From NCBI GenBank assembly GCA_045589295.1, contig JAZNOU010000007.1, forward strand, positions 81,393-145,392: DNA of 64,000 nt, in the 5' to 3' direction. This stretch comes from Clostridia bacterium (lineage in GTDB: Bacteria > Bacillota > Clostridia > RGIG6154). Under the pieces are notes generated by a model. It was given only the letters and a program-made list of their open reading frames with translations, had not been told where the DNA came from and ran no database searches. Each line of letters starts with the position of its first letter. Positions within the stretch are counted from its first letter, which is position 1. A program made the position numbers and the translations under genes. Of this stretch, positions 11,599 through 22,509 are shown piece by piece.

Positions 11599-12333
11599 GT
11601 GGGGAAAATAATTCAGGCAGATTTCGGCAAACATTCCGAAAACCAAAAAAAATGTACTGTTATACTTGCAGCTGCAGGTTGTGGCAGCCGTATGGCATTA
11701 GGGTTTAATAAAGTCTTTCTTACTATAGATGAAAAACCTGTTATTGCATACAGTCTAGAAATGTTTGAATCAATATACGAAATAAAAAACGTTATAATTG
11801 TCGCTTCAAAGGATGATATTCCTCTCATTAGTGATATAGTTCGCGAATTTGGATATAAAAAAGTTAAAAATATTATTTGTGGTGGCTCAACCAGACAAGA
11901 AAGTGTATTAAACGGATTGCTTGCAATGCCTTCAGAAACTGACATAGTTTTAATACACGATGCGGCACGACCACTAATTACCGAAAGTGTTATTTTGGAA
12001 CTTATTAAGACTGCCGACAGTGAAGGTGCAGCAACTTGTGGTGTATACGCAGTTGATACTTTAAAAACTGTGGACGAAAATCTAAATATAACCGAAACAT
12101 TAAACAGGAGCAAAGTTGTTCATATCCAAACTCCTCAGGTTTTTAAAAAGGATATAATTATTCAGGCACACAAAAATGCTGTTTCAACAGGTTTTAAAGG
12201 TACCGATGACTGCTCTTTGGTAGAAAATCTCGGCATTAATGTTAAGGTTGTTTTGGGTGAGCGTTGTAATATTAAACTTACCTCCCCTGAAGATTTTGTT
12301 ATCATATCTGCTTTTATGGAATATAAGGAGTGA
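11599..12333 (+). CDS. ispD: 2-C-methyl-D-erythritol 4-phosphate cytidylyltransferase
   Basis: AAG.GSRM...[25 protein letters not shown]. Confidence 0.95.
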   Translation: MGKIIQADFGKHSENQKKCTVILAAAGCGSRMALGFNKVFLTIDEKPVIAYSLEMFESIYEIKNVIIVASKDDIPLISDIVREFGYKKVKNIICGGSTRQESVLNGLLAMPSETDIVLIHDAARPLITESVILELIKTADSEGAATCGVYAVDTLKTVDENLNITETLNRSKVVHIQTPQVFKKDIIIQAHKNAVSTGFKGTDDCSLVENLGINVKVVLGERCNIKLTSPEDFVIISAFMEYKE

Positions 12334-12337
12334 TTTT

Positions 12338-12802
12338 ATGCGCATTGGTCACGGAATTGACTTTCACAGATTGACAAATGACAGAGATTTAATTTTAGGT
12401 GGAGTAAAAATTGAGTATGAAAAAGGTTTGCTCGGCCACTCAGATGCAGATGTTTTGTTACACGCCATCTGTGATGCACTTTTAGGTGCTGCCGCAAAAA
12501 GAGATATTGGGTATTATTTTCCAGATTCAAGCGGTGAATTTAAAGGGATTTCAAGTATTGAACTATTAAAAAGATCAAAAGAAATAATTAAACCTTTTGA
12601 GGTTTGTAATATTGATGCAACAATAATTGCCCAAAAGCCAAAGCTTATGCCATACATTGAAGAAATGGTATCAAACATTTCAGATGCTTTAGATATTCCA
12701 AAGCATTGTATCAATGTAAAAGCAACTACTAGCGAAGGCATGGGTTATTGCGGTATAGGCGAAGGTATTGAGGCTCACGCCGTTTGCCTACTTAAAGACT
12801 AA
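12338..12802 (+). CDS. ispF: 2-C-methyl-D-erythritol 2,4-cyclodiphosphate synthase
   Basis: [36 protein letters not shown] 12338 after AGGAG. Confidence 0.96.
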   Translation: MRIGHGIDFHRLTNDRDLILGGVKIEYEKGLLGHSDADVLLHAICDALLGAAAKRDIGYYFPDSSGEFKGISSIELLKRSKEIIKPFEVCNIDATIIAQKPKLMPYIEEMVSNISDALDIPKHCINVKATTSEGMGYCGIGEGIEAHAVCLLKD

Positions 12803-12833
12803 CAATTTTTCTTAAAAGAAAGTGAGATATATT

Positions 12834-14273
12834 ATGGCTAAAGAACAGAAAAAATTTGTAGAAGATATCACTTCAATGGATGTTGATTTTGCAAAGTGGT
12901 ATACTGACATTGTAAAAAAAGCTGACCTTGTTGATTATTCAGGGATCAGAGGTTGTATGATCATAAGACCTTACGGATATGCTATTTGGGAAAATATCCA
13001 GCAGGCTCTTAATAAAATGTTCAAGGACACAGGGCACGAAAACGTGTATATGCCTATGTTTATCCCTGAAAGTCTTCTTCAAAAAGAAAAAGATCACGTA
13101 GAAGGCTTTGCGCCCGAAGTAGCCTGGGTTACCCATGGTGGTACTGAAAAATTAACCGAGCGTCTTTGTGTAAGACCTACATCAGAAACACTTTTCTGTG
13201 ACCACTACAAAGATATTATTCACTCATACAGAGATTTACCTAAGCTTTACAATCAATGGTGTTCTGTTGTGAGATGGGAAAAAACTACAAGACCCTTCTT
13301 ACGTTCTTTGGAATTTTTGTGGCAGGAAGGTCACACTGCACATGCTACCGCTGAAGAATCAATGGAAGAAACAATTAATATGCTTAATATCTACGCCAAA
13401 TTCTGTGAAGAATATCTGGCAATGCCTGTAATTAAAGGTCAGAAGACTGATAAGGAAAAATTTGCAGGAGCTGTTTCAACATTTACTATTGAAGCTTTAA
13501 TGCACAATGGTTATGCTCTTCAATCCGGAACTTCACACAACTTTGGCGATGGCTTTGCTAAAGCATTTGGCATTCAGTTTACTGATAAAGACAACACATT
13601 AAAACATGTTCACCAGACATCCTGGGGTGTTTCCACAAGACTTATTGGTGGTCTTATAATGGTCCATGGGGATGATAATGGTTTGGTACTACCTCCAAAA
13701 ATCGCGCCAGTTCAGCTTATGATTATTCCGATTGCACAGCACAAAGAAGGAGTTTTGGAAAAAGCAAATGAACTTCTTTCCCTCCTTTCAGATTCAGTAA
13801 GAGTAAAACTTGACGATTCAGATAAAAGCCCTGGATTTAAGTTCAGCGAGCAGGAAATGCGCGGCATTCCACTTAGAATTGAAATTGGCCCTAAAGATAT
13901 TGAAAACAATCAGGCAATTTTAGCCAGACGTGACAATGGTGAAAAAATTACTGTATCACTTGACAACATGAAGGAAGAGGTTGTTAAACTTTTAGATACT
14001 ATTCAAAAAGATATGTTTGAACGTGCAAAAAACCACAGAGAGGAACGCACATTCAAAGCAACAGATATGGATAGTTTTGCAAAACAACTTGAAGAAAAAC
14101 CTGGTTTTGTAAAAGCTATGTGGTGTGGTGATGTTGAGTGTGAAGAAAAAATTAAAGAACTCACAGGCGCAACATCAAGATGTATGCCATTTGAACAAGA
14201 ACAAATTTCCGAAAAATGTGTATGCTGCGGAAAACCTGCTAAAAAAATGGTATATTGGGGCAAAGCATATTAA
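12834..14273 (+). CDS. proS: proline--tRNA ligase (eukaryote/archaeal-like type without editing insertion)
   Basis: [32 protein letters not shown]-terminal Zn-binding cysteines and terminal AY. Confidence 0.97.
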   Translation: MAKEQKKFVEDITSMDVDFAKWYTDIVKKADLVDYSGIRGCMIIRPYGYAIWENIQQALNKMFKDTGHENVYMPMFIPESLLQKEKDHVEGFAPEVAWVTHGGTEKLTERLCVRPTSETLFCDHYKDIIHSYRDLPKLYNQWCSVVRWEKTTRPFLRSLEFLWQEGHTAHATAEESMEETINMLNIYAKFCEEYLAMPVIKGQKTDKEKFAGAVSTFTIEALMHNGYALQSGTSHNFGDGFAKAFGIQFTDKDNTLKHVHQTSWGVSTRLIGGLIMVHGDDNGLVLPPKIAPVQLMIIPIAQHKEGVLEKANELLSLLSDSVRVKLDDSDKSPGFKFSEQEMRGIPLRIEIGPKDIENNQAILARRDNGEKITVSLDNMKEEVVKLLDTIQKDMFERAKNHREERTFKATDMDSFAKQLEEKPGFVKAMWCGDVECEEKIKELTGATSRCMPFEQEQISEKCVCCGKPAKKMVYWGKAY

Positions 14274-14276
14274 TAC

Positions 14277-14305
14277 TTGACAAATTTAAAAAAACATTGT
14301 ATAAT
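14277..14305 (+). promoter_or_regulatory. consensus sigmaA promoter driving the TPP riboswitch/thiT
   Basis: TTGACA, 17 nt, TATAAT. Confidence 0.85.
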
Positions 14306-14311
14306 AAACTC

Positions 14312-14402
14312 GAATATCGGGGAGCCGTAGTATCGGCTGAGAGGAAACACAAAGTTTCGACCCGTCAACCTGATTTGGATAATGCCAACGTAGGGAATAT
14401 TT
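14312..14402 (+). ncRNA. TPP (THI-box) riboswitch aptamer
   Basis: GGGGAGCC...GGCTGAGAGG...GACCCGTCAACCTGATTTGGATAATGCCAACGTAGGGA core, upstream of thiT. Confidence 0.95.
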
Positions 14403-14415
14403 CTGAAATGTAATT

Positions 14416-14449
14416 TAGAGATAGTCTTGTTGGCTATCTCTATTTTTTT
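14416..14449 (+). terminator. riboswitch-controlled terminator
   Basis: Stem TAGAGATAGTC/GGCTATCTCTA followed by a T7 run. Confidence 0.8.
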
Positions 14450-14510
14450 GAGATAGCCAAAAAATTTATCCGTTCAGGCGTACAAAATACACTTTGAAAG
14501 GATGTTTTTT

Positions 14511-15149
14511 ATGAAAAACAACACAAAAAAATTAGTTACGTCTGCAATGTTAATCGCAATCGCGGTAGTTTTATCTTTGCTGACACCATTTAATCTGCCT
14601 TTTGGCGGAGGAATTACTCTTGCAAGCGGATTGCCGATCATAATAATATCATTTATGTTTGGCACAAAATTTGGTCTGTTCTCTGCTTTTATCTACAGCC
14701 TCTTACAAATGGTTACAGGAATGAACACCGTAGCATCATTCTTTTTGCCCGGTGAAAGCCAAATGGTACTTTGGAAGGCAATTACAGTATGTCTGCTTGA
14801 TTACATCCTCGCCTATACAGTTTTGGGTCTTGGAGGCATTTTTAAAAACAGATTCAAAAATAACTCTGTTTCAATAATAATTGGAACAATTTTCGCACTT
14901 TCTTTGAGATACGTAATACATATAATTTCTGGTGCTGTGTTCTTTGGTGCTTGGGCTGAATGGTTTTTCACACAAGACGGCTTCTACAAAATCGGTGAAA
15001 CAATTTTAAATACTTTTTCAGGCACTTCCCTATCAGTTATTTATTCTATCTTCTACAACGGGCTTTATATGATACCTGAAATTTTGATTACCGCAGTTAT
15101 TGCCCCAATTGTATATAAAATTATAAATGCAAGTAAATTTTTAAAATAA
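14511..15149 (+). CDS. thiT: ECF transporter S component for thiamine
   Basis: Six-TM protein with PFGGGITL, LDYILAY..LGLGG, RY..H.ISG..FFG and YS..YN motifs; under a TPP riboswitch. Confidence 0.9.
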   Translation: MKNNTKKLVTSAMLIAIAVVLSLLTPFNLPFGGGITLASGLPIIIISFMFGTKFGLFSAFIYSLLQMVTGMNTVASFFLPGESQMVLWKAITVCLLDYILAYTVLGLGGIFKNRFKNNSVSIIIGTIFALSLRYVIHIISGAVFFGAWAEWFFTQDGFYKIGETILNTFSGTSLSVIYSIFYNGLYMIPEILITAVIAPIVYKIINASKFLK

Positions 15150-15182
15150 AAAAACTGACGGATTATATCCGTCAGTTTTTTT
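15149..15182. terminator. bidirectional terminator between convergent thiT and glyA
   Basis: AAAAAACTGACGGA-ttata-TCCGTCAGTTTTTT. Confidence 0.85.
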
Positions 15183-16419
15183 ATTCATAAATTGGATATT
15201 TTTCACATAGTGCAATAACTTCTTTTGTGATTTGTTCTTTTGAATTTTCAAAATCTGTTGCAACCAATTTAATCCATTTAGCGATTTTTACCATTTCTTC
15301 TTCTTTAAAGCCTCTGCTGGTAACAGCAGGTGTCCCAATTCTTACACCACTTGTTACGAACGGACTTTGAGGATCGTTTGGAATTGCATTTTTATTCGCG
15401 GTAATATGAACTTCATCGAGTCTTGCTTCCAACTCTTTTCCTGTAATATTAAATGGTTGTAAGTCAATAAGCATTAAATGGTTATCTGTTCCGCCAGAAA
15501 CAACTCTAAAACCTTCTTTAACGAGTTCTTCTGAAAGAACTTTTGCATTTTTAATAATCTGTTTCTGATACTCCTTAAATTCATCAGTTAAGGCTTCACC
15601 AAATGCAACCGCTTTTGCTGCAATAATATGCATCAAAGGCCCGCCCTGAGTTCCCGGAAATACCGCTTTATCAATCTTTTGTGCGAGTTCTTCTTTACAA
15701 AGAATAAGACCGCCTCTTGGACCTCTAAGTGTTTTATGTGTAGTTGTTGTAACAACATCGGCATAAGGTACCGGACTTGGGTGAAGACCAGCAGCAACGA
15801 GTCCTGCAATATGAGCCATATCTACCATAAGATATGCACCAACTTCATCTGCAATTTCTCTAATCTTTTTAAAGTCAATAATTCTTGAATATGCACTTGC
15901 ACCCGCAACAATCATTTTAGGTTTACATTCTTTTGCTATCTTAAGCATTTCATCATAATCAAGAGTTTCAGTATCGTCCGATACTCCATAAGGTACGATA
16001 TTAAAATACTTACCTGAAATGTTTACAGGCGAACCATGTGACAAGTGCCCCCCATGTGCGAGGTTAAGTCCCATAATTGTGCCGCCATTTTCAACAAGTG
16101 CAAAAAATACTGCTAAGTTTGCATTAGCACCACTGTGTGGCTGTACATTTGCATGTTCTGCACCAAAAAGTTTCTTTGCACGCTCTCTTGCAATATTTTC
16201 AACAATATCTACATACTGGCAACCGCCGTAATATCTTTTTGATGGATAACCTTCTGCATATTTATTTGTTAGAACTGTTCCTGCGGCTAAAAGTACAGCT
16301 TTAGAAACAATATTTTCAGAAGCAATAAGTTCTATGTTGTGCTGTTGCCTTGTAAATTCTAAATTGCAGGCGTCAAACACTTCTTTATCATAATTTAAAA
16401 GTTCATCAAAAAAATTCAT
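15181..16419 (-). CDS. glyA: serine hydroxymethyltransferase
   Basis: [35 protein letters not shown]. Confidence 0.99.
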   Translation of the reverse strand: MNFFDELLNYDKEVFDACNLEFTRQQHNIELIASENIVSKAVLLAAGTVLTNKYAEGYPSKRYYGGCQYVDIVENIARERAKKLFGAEHANVQPHSGANANLAVFFALVENGGTIMGLNLAHGGHLSHGSPVNISGKYFNIVPYGVSDDTETLDYDEMLKIAKECKPKMIVAGASAYSRIIDFKKIREIADEVGAYLMVDMAHIAGLVAAGLHPSPVPYADVVTTTTHKTLRGPRGGLILCKEELAQKIDKAVFPGTQGGPLMHIIAAKAVAFGEALTDEFKEYQKQIIKNAKVLSEELVKEGFRVVSGGTDNHLMLIDLQPFNITGKELEARLDEVHITANKNAIPNDPQSPFVTSGVRIGTPAVTSRGFKEEEMVKIAKWIKLVATDFENSKEQITKEVIALCEKYPIYE

Positions 16420-16533
16420 AATTATTCTCCTTTTCCAAATACATCAATCGTGATAATTTTACCACAATTCCTCACTATAGTCAAGTTGACCATTTAAAAA
16501 TATAATGATATAATAATTTTGGTGGTGATAAAA

Positions 16534-17718
16534 ATGCAGATTTATATTCCAAGTCATATTGAACTTGCTTTAAATATGTTAAAGCTTGCTGGATTTGAAA
16601 GTTACATTGTCGGCGGTTGTGTTCGTGACAGCTTAATAAATAAATTACCAAACGATTGGGATATTTGCACATCTGCCCTCCCCAGTCAAACATGTGAAAT
16701 TTTCAAAAATTTTAAAATGGTATTAAACGGAGCGAAACACGGAACAGTTCGTGTTATAATAAACCACTTACCTGTTGAAATAACCACTTTTAGAATTGAC
16801 GGAAAATATTTAAACAATCGTTCTCCGGAAAACATTAGTTTTACATCTTCATTAAAAGAGGATTTAATTCGCCGTGATTTTACAATTAATGCAATGGCAT
16901 ATTCAAATGAAAGCGGAATAATTGATTTATATGGCGGAAAAAAAGACCTTGAACAAAAACTAATAAAATGTGTTGGCAATGCTGAAGAAAGATTTGAAGA
17001 AGATGCACTTCGCATTATGAGAGCGCTGAGGTTTGCGTCACAGCTCAACTTTAAAATTGAAGAGAAAACAAAAGCTGTGATTTTCTCAAAAAAGGATTTG
17101 CTTAAAAACATTTCCGCCGAAAGGATTACCGAAGAATTCTTAAAATTGATTTCTTACGATAATTGTTTTAGGATTTTAGATGAATTTGCTGAAGTCATCA
17201 GAGTTTTTATGCCACATTTTTCAAACCAGTTTAAAAAAATCAGTGCAAGCACCGATATTAGAGTTAACCTAGCTTACATCCTTAGTGCAAGCAAATGTGA
17301 TTATGAGCATATTTTTGGTGTTTTAAAAATACCAACAGCATTAAAAAAAGATGTTATTACAATTTTAAATAGCAAAAACATTGTCATCAATGCAGATAAA
17401 ATTGAAATCAAACAACACCTGTTTACTTTTGGCGAAGATTTATTAAAACTAATTTTAGAGTTTAAATCTTGTTATGGAGAAGACACCGACGAACAAATTA
17501 AAATTATAGATGATATAATCGCCAACAATCAACCATATTTACTTAGACACCTTAAAATTTCAGGCAACGATATAAAAGGCCTTGGAGTTTCTTCCGGTGA
17601 AAAAATAGGCAATATTTTAAATTATTTACTAAAACGTGTCATTTCAGAGAAACTTGCTAACCGCAAATCTTATCTCATTGAAGAAGCACAAAAATATATT
17701 TTAAAAAATAAATTTTAA
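16534..17718 (+). CDS. cca: class II CCA tRNA nucleotidyltransferase
   Basis: VGGCVRD, DWD, EDLIRRDFTINAMA, RFEEDALRIMRALRF, SAERI; no HD domain. Confidence 0.9.
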   Translation: MQIYIPSHIELALNMLKLAGFESYIVGGCVRDSLINKLPNDWDICTSALPSQTCEIFKNFKMVLNGAKHGTVRVIINHLPVEITTFRIDGKYLNNRSPENISFTSSLKEDLIRRDFTINAMAYSNESGIIDLYGGKKDLEQKLIKCVGNAEERFEEDALRIMRALRFASQLNFKIEEKTKAVIFSKKDLLKNISAERITEEFLKLISYDNCFRILDEFAEVIRVFMPHFSNQFKKISASTDIRVNLAYILSASKCDYEHIFGVLKIPTALKKDVITILNSKNIVINADKIEIKQHLFTFGEDLLKLILEFKSCYGEDTDEQIKIIDDIIANNQPYLLRHLKISGNDIKGLGVSSGEKIGNILNYLLKRVISEKLANRKSYLIEEAQKYILKNKF

Positions 17719-17746
17719 GAACTTAAAGCAGCAGCTTTAAGTTCTT
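17717..17746. terminator. bidirectional terminator between cca and recO
   Basis: 13-bp perfect stem AAGAACTTAAAGC/GCTTTAAGTTCTT. Confidence 0.75.
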
Positions 17747-18469
17747 TTATAATATACTGTTAAAATAATCAAGTGATTTTGGTGTTCTTCCAAGCTGGAT
17801 ACACGTATACTTTTCAAAAATTTCAGACAAAAATTTTATTATCTCGCAAGATGCTGAAAAAGAAAATATTTTTTTAACTGATGATGATGTCACATAATTA
17901 ATAACACTAAGACACGAACAATTCAGCTCTACACCACTACTTTTACAATTGCCACAATTAACTGTACCATTTAAGACATCAAAATAAAGTAAATCGCCCG
18001 TATTACCACAATTATAGCATCCTGAAAAATCAGGCAACATACCTTGCATATCTAAAAGTTTTATTTCAAAAATCAACTTTGCGGTCATTAAATCGTATTT
18101 CTTTTTTGAAAGAACGTAATATGTGTTCAATAAAAGTGAAAGCGTGTCAGCACACTCTACACCCTCGGGTACTACTTCCGATGCAAGCTGAGCAAGATAT
18201 GTAGCAAGTGCAAGTGCTTTAATATCTTCGCTAAGCTCATAAAAGCTCTCAATAACAGCAGAATTTCTTAAAAAATAAATATCATTACCCTTTGCTAGTT
18301 CAAATTCAGAAAAATTCAAAAAAGCAGCACCAGAATTTTTCTTTGAATTGCGTATATGTTTTGCACTAACCCTTATTTTACCCAAATCAGGAGTTAGAAC
18401 TGTCAACATCTTGTCCGAGTCTTTCGTATTCACTTCTCTTAAGATTACGCCGTTTGTTTTGTATGTCAT
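17747..18469 (-). CDS. recO: DNA repair protein RecO
   Basis: N-terminal OB fold (GVILR..DSDK.LTVLT...GK), C4 zinc motif; follows era and yqzL. Confidence 0.92.
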   Translation of the reverse strand: MTYKTNGVILREVNTKDSDKMLTVLTPDLGKIRVSAKHIRNSKKNSGAAFLNFSEFELAKGNDIYFLRNSAVIESFYELSEDIKALALATYLAQLASEVVPEGVECADTLSLLLNTYYVLSKKKYDLMTAKLIFEIKLLDMQGMLPDFSGCYNCGNTGDLLYFDVLNGTVNCGNCKSSGVELNCSCLSVINYVTSSSVKKIFSFSASCEIIKFLSEIFEKYTCIQLGRTPKSLDYFNSIL

Positions 18470-18599
18470 AAACATCGACCTCATCAGTTATTTCATCTGC
18501 ATTTTCACTAGCAGTTAATCTCAAAAATTCCATATAAGTTAAATATGCTTCTAGATTTCCGGTCCTTTTAAAAAAATCCCAGTAGTTTTGACTATTCAT
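18387..18599 (-). CDS. YqzL-family small protein
   Basis: WDFFKRTGNLEAYLTY motif, located between era and recO. Confidence 0.8.
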   Translation of the reverse strand: MNSQNYWDFFKRTGNLEAYLTYMEFLRLTASENADEITDEVDVYDIQNKRRNLKRSEYERLGQDVDSSNS

Positions 18600-18655
18600 T
18601 CTTGTCACCTCATTTATATTTTGAGTGACAAAGCAAAAACTATTCAAGCAAAAAT

Positions 18656-19537
18656 TTACTTTGAAGAAAAACCGAAATTTTTAAGCATTACTGATGAATT
18701 TCTCCAATCCTCTTTTATCTTTACCCATAGTTCCAAAAACACTTTTGTACCAAAAAAATCTTCCGCTTCTTCTCTCGAAAGCTGTCCTATTTTTTTCAGC
18801 ATTTGTCCGCCTTTTCCTATAATAATGCCTTTATGTGATTTTTTCTCGCAATATATTGTTGCAGCAATATTTAAAATGCCGTTTTCTCTTTCCTTAAAAG
18901 ATGAAATTTCAACCGCAATACCATGCGGGACTTCTTTATCAAGACACCACAATGCTTTTTCTCTTATAAATTCTGCCATTATTTGTTTTTCAGGTTGGTC
19001 AGTTAACATATCTTCAGGAAAATACATTGGTCCTTCTTCTAAAACGGCCTCAATCTCTTTTAAAAGCACATCCACACCATCATTATTTGTGGCAGACAGC
19101 GGTATAAAAGCATTAAAATCCATTTTTGTGCTGTATACACTCATAATTTTTAAAAGTTCTTCCTTGTCTACCAAATCTATTTTGTTAAGAACTAAAAAAA
19201 CAGGCATTTTTGACAAAGAAATATTATTGATAATATCATCATTATAATCTTCTTTTTCTGTGCAATCAATCACCAAAACTACAGCGTCAACAGAATTCAT
19301 CGCACCTTGAATTTCTTTTTCCATAAACTCGCCAAGTTTATTTTTTGGTTTATGAATTCCGGGTGTGTCCATAAAAACAATCTGAACATCTCTTTTAGAA
19401 TAAATTCCAGATATTGCATTTCTTGTTGTCTGCGGCTTGTTAGAAACTGCTGCTATTTTTTCCCCTATTATGCAATTAAGCAGAGTTGACTTCCCTGCAT
19501 TAGGTTTTCCAATTATTGATACAAATCCTGATTTCAT
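18656..19537 (-). CDS. era: GTPase Era
   Basis: GKPNAGKS, QTTR, DTPG, NKID, KH domain with IIGKGG. An upstream start at 19558 is also possible. Confidence 0.97.
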   Translation of the reverse strand: MKSGFVSIIGKPNAGKSTLLNCIIGEKIAAVSNKPQTTRNAISGIYSKRDVQIVFMDTPGIHKPKNKLGEFMEKEIQGAMNSVDAVVLVIDCTEKEDYNDDIINNISLSKMPVFLVLNKIDLVDKEELLKIMSVYSTKMDFNAFIPLSATNNDGVDVLLKEIEAVLEEGPMYFPEDMLTDQPEKQIMAEFIREKALWCLDKEVPHGIAVEISSFKERENGILNIAATIYCEKKSHKGIIIGKGGQMLKKIGQLSREEAEDFFGTKVFLELWVKIKEDWRNSSVMLKNFGFSSK

Positions 19538-19547
19538 AAAACTTTGA

Positions 19548-20015
19548 TCATATACCAAGTTCTGATACTATGATTTTCTCCTTATCTCTCATTATTTTTT
19601 TATCTTCTTCTGTCATATGGTCATATCCCAACAAATGCAACATTGAGTGAATTGTAAGATAACCTGCTTCGTGTTCATTAGAATGTCCAAATTCATCGGC
19701 TTGGGAAAATATTTTTTTCAAATTCAACACAACATCTCCAAGTGGAAAGGTTTCGCCAAAAAAGCTCTGATTTAATTTTCCTGGCACTTCAAATTCAAAT
19801 TGTGGAAATGATAAAACATCAGTTTCCTTATCTATATTTCTGAAATCTTTATTAATCTTTCTAATCCCTTCACCATCTGTAAACAAAACTGATATTTCAA
19901 CATCTACATCAATATTAAAATGATTCAACGTTCCCTTTATAGCCTTGTCAATTACATCATTGATGTCTGCAGAAACTTCCTCCGTTTCATTGATCTTTTC
20001 TATTACTATTTTCAT
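19548..20015 (-). CDS. ybeY: endoribonuclease YbeY
   Basis: TDVLSFP, LGDVV, HSMLHLLGYDH. Confidence 0.96.
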   Translation of the reverse strand: MKIVIEKINETEEVSADINDVIDKAIKGTLNHFNIDVDVEISVLFTDGEGIRKINKDFRNIDKETDVLSFPQFEFEVPGKLNQSFFGETFPLGDVVLNLKKIFSQADEFGHSNEHEAGYLTIHSMLHLLGYDHMTEEDKKIMRDKEKIIVSELGI

Positions 20016-20979
20016 CTCGTTTTTCCTTTTTAGCTTTATTGTATTTTTCATACGCTACTATTATCTTCTGAACAAGCGGATGTCTTACAACATCTTTTTC
20101 ACTCAAATATTTAATATCAATTCCATCAATATTTTTAAGGACCCTTTGTGCCTCCTTAAGCCCTGACATTTTGTCTCTTGGTAAATCAATCTGCGTAACA
20201 TCGCCCGTTACAACCGCTTTTGAGGAAAAGCCTATTCTTGTCAAAAACATTTTCATCTGCTCACACGTTGTATTCTGGGCTTCATCTAAAATAATAAAAC
20301 TGTCATCTAAGGTTCTTCCCCTCATATATGCAAGAGGCGCAATTTCTATTATTCCCTTTTCAACATAATTTTGGCACGTTTCCGGCCCTAACATATCATA
20401 TAGTGCATCATAAAGAGGTCTTAAATATGGATCAATTTTTGTTTGCAAATCACCAGGTAAAAATCCCAATTTTTCACCCGCTTCAATTGCAGGTCTTGTT
20501 AAAATAATACGTTTAACAGATTTATTTCTAAGCTCATTAACTGCTGCAGCCACTGCTAAATATGTTTTACCCGTACCGGCAGGTCCAATTCCAAAAACAA
20601 CTGTATTTTTTATAATGCTTTCAATATACCCGGCTTGTCCTATTGTTTTTGCTTTGATAACTTTGCCGCTCGCAGTAACGCAAACGGTATTGCTACTTAA
20701 TTTTACAACTAAATCTCCGCTGTTTTCCTTTACAATTGAACACACATAATTAACTTTTTGAACGTCAATTACACCTTCATTTTTATAAACTTGAAGTAAA
20801 GTATCAATTGCAGAAAGGGCAAGTTCAGTTTCATAGTCATCACCTGAAATTTTGATTAGCCCATTTCTGCTTGTAACTTTAACACCAAATTTATTTTCTA
20901 TTATTTTGATATTCTCGTCAAAATTACCAAAAAGATTTGTTACAGCATTGTTATCTTTTTCATGTAGTATTTTTTCCAT
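19987..20979 (-). CDS. phoH: PhoH-family ATPase
   Basis: GPAGTGKT, LGFLPG, AYMRGRTL, DEAQN, VVRHPLV. Confidence 0.96.
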   Translation of the reverse strand: MEKILHEKDNNAVTNLFGNFDENIKIIENKFGVKVTSRNGLIKISGDDYETELALSAIDTLLQVYKNEGVIDVQKVNYVCSIVKENSGDLVVKLSSNTVCVTASGKVIKAKTIGQAGYIESIIKNTVVFGIGPAGTGKTYLAVAAAVNELRNKSVKRIILTRPAIEAGEKLGFLPGDLQTKIDPYLRPLYDALYDMLGPETCQNYVEKGIIEIAPLAYMRGRTLDDSFIILDEAQNTTCEQMKMFLTRIGFSSKAVVTGDVTQIDLPRDKMSGLKEAQRVLKNIDGIDIKYLSEKDVVRHPLVQKIIVAYEKYNKAKKEKRDENSNRKDQ

Positions 20980-20996
20980 ATTTTACCTTCCTAAAA

Positions 20997-22181
20997 TCAA
21001 TACTGTGCTGCTTTCGACACGCCACCATCTTCCAAAGCAACAACACAAAGATTTATTTCTACATTTTTACCATCAAAAGTATAGTTATACTCAGTATCTA
21101 AAACCATATGGTTTTCACTAAGTTGATTTATAACATTATTATACAATTTTTCTTTATTATTTTCAAATATGTACTTATCAGAATACTTCTTTATAACAGT
21201 TTCTACTTTATTACATTTAATTTTTTCTAACAAAATAAAATTTCCTACTAAGCTTTTGTTTTCATACATCTTGTCATACTCTTTATCAGAAAGCATTTCT
21301 CCTAAAAACAAATTAACTTTTTTCCCAAAAAACTCAATTCTATATCTGTTTTTAATTTCTGAGGTCGGTATTCTTTCAGTAACTTCAACAGGAAAACTTT
21401 GCTTAATATAGTTAAAGGTTTTAAGTTTAATATCTGCCACGGAGTGCGCTGTCATAATATCACCCTGCTTGCTCTCGTTGATACCACTTACAAGCAAATC
21501 GCCCTTTCGTACTGTGTCACCTTTTTTTGCTATGACAAATCCGTCTTTCACTACAATATTTTCAACAATTCCATCTTTAAGAGCAACAATATTAACAGCT
21601 ATTTTTTTATCAACAATTTCGGGTTTAGGCACCTTTTCCACCACCTCAACACTTGCCCTTGCACCTTTTATCTCGATACCAATCCAAGTTATATCATTAT
21701 TAAGTGCAAGTATTTTTTTTCTAACTTCTTTAGTGTTGATATTCTTTTTAAATTTTCCTTTATAAAGTCCGGATTGCTTTAACTGAGAATATATAACCTC
21801 CTCAGGAATTCTTTCCAGCCCCGAAACTGTTATCTCGCATACAGTATTCGACAAAAGCATTATTACCACTACCATAAACAATGCGCCCAGATATAAAGAC
21901 ACTCTGTTTTTATACTTTTTGATCTCGTGCATTGCACCCTTAGAGTCCATAATATAAAGCTTTGCAGATATTTTATCAGAAATCTTCAAAATTTCATCAT
22001 AGTCTTTTCTGTAGCAACTAAACACCGCAACAGATTTTCCTATATAACGAACATTCCACAGCTGTATATTTTTGCGGGTAGCTATATTAAAAAACTTTTC
22101 AACATATTTTCCCTCAAGCCTTATTATATCATACTCTACAAAAAAATCAAATACCCCTCGCAATATTTTTTCCTCCATCAA
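20997..22181 (-). CDS. yqfD: sporulation protein YqfD
   Basis: Single TM helix then POTRA-like region, NIVALKDG..GDTVRKGDLLVSG; synteny yqfC-yqfD-phoH. Confidence 0.88.
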   Translation of the reverse strand: MMEEKILRGVFDFFVEYDIIRLEGKYVEKFFNIATRKNIQLWNVRYIGKSVAVFSCYRKDYDEILKISDKISAKLYIMDSKGAMHEIKKYKNRVSLYLGALFMVVVIMLLSNTVCEITVSGLERIPEEVIYSQLKQSGLYKGKFKKNINTKEVRKKILALNNDITWIGIEIKGARASVEVVEKVPKPEIVDKKIAVNIVALKDGIVENIVVKDGFVIAKKGDTVRKGDLLVSGINESKQGDIMTAHSVADIKLKTFNYIKQSFPVEVTERIPTSEIKNRYRIEFFGKKVNLFLGEMLSDKEYDKMYENKSLVGNFILLEKIKCNKVETVIKKYSDKYIFENNKEKLYNNVINQLSENHMVLDTEYNYTFDGKNVEINLCVVALEDGGVSKAAQY

Positions 22182-22438
22182 GACATTGTTAATGCAGTTA
22201 TCCTTCCAAATATTTCTATTTCATCTTCTGAAATATTTTTAATGTCAAGATTTTCACCGCTGACCTTTAAAATATAAATCTTGGTATTAAGTCTTATAAC
22301 AGTTTGCGAAAATTCAATCAAACCTTTATGATTTTCAACCGTTAAACTCTCATCACCCATGAGCGTTATTTTAGGATAATCCAATGTTACTTCTTTAGGC
22401 AATTCAAGTGCATTAGTAATTTTCTTATATATCTTCAT
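22178..22438 (-). CDS. yqfC: YabP/YqfC-family sporulation protein
   Basis: LELPKEV..PKITL.G....VENHKGLIEF; synteny. Confidence 0.88.
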   Translation of the reverse strand: MKIYKKITNALELPKEVTLDYPKITLMGDESLTVENHKGLIEFSQTVIRLNTKIYILKVSGENLDIKNISEDEIEIFGRITALTMS

Positions 22439-22455
22439 TATTATCACCTTATAAA

Positions 22456-22485
22456 ATTGTATGTGTAATATAAAACGCTTTATGC
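22456..22485 (-). promoter_or_regulatory. sigmaE-type sporulation promoter of yqfCD
   Basis: GCATA, 17 nt, CATACAAT matches the sigmaE consensus; yqfCD belongs to the sigmaE regulon in B. subtilis. Confidence 0.75.
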
Positions 22486-22509
22486 AATAAAATTAACTGA
22501 GGTGATTTA

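Noticed and set aside
12239-12337. N-terminal extension of ispF, or an ispDF fusion
   Set aside because: ispD ends with TGA at 12333 and ispF has its own RBS and ATG at 12338.
18588-19247. 219-aa plus-strand ORF
   Set aside because: Antisense shadow of era; Ser/Ile/Phe-rich, no RBS or motif.
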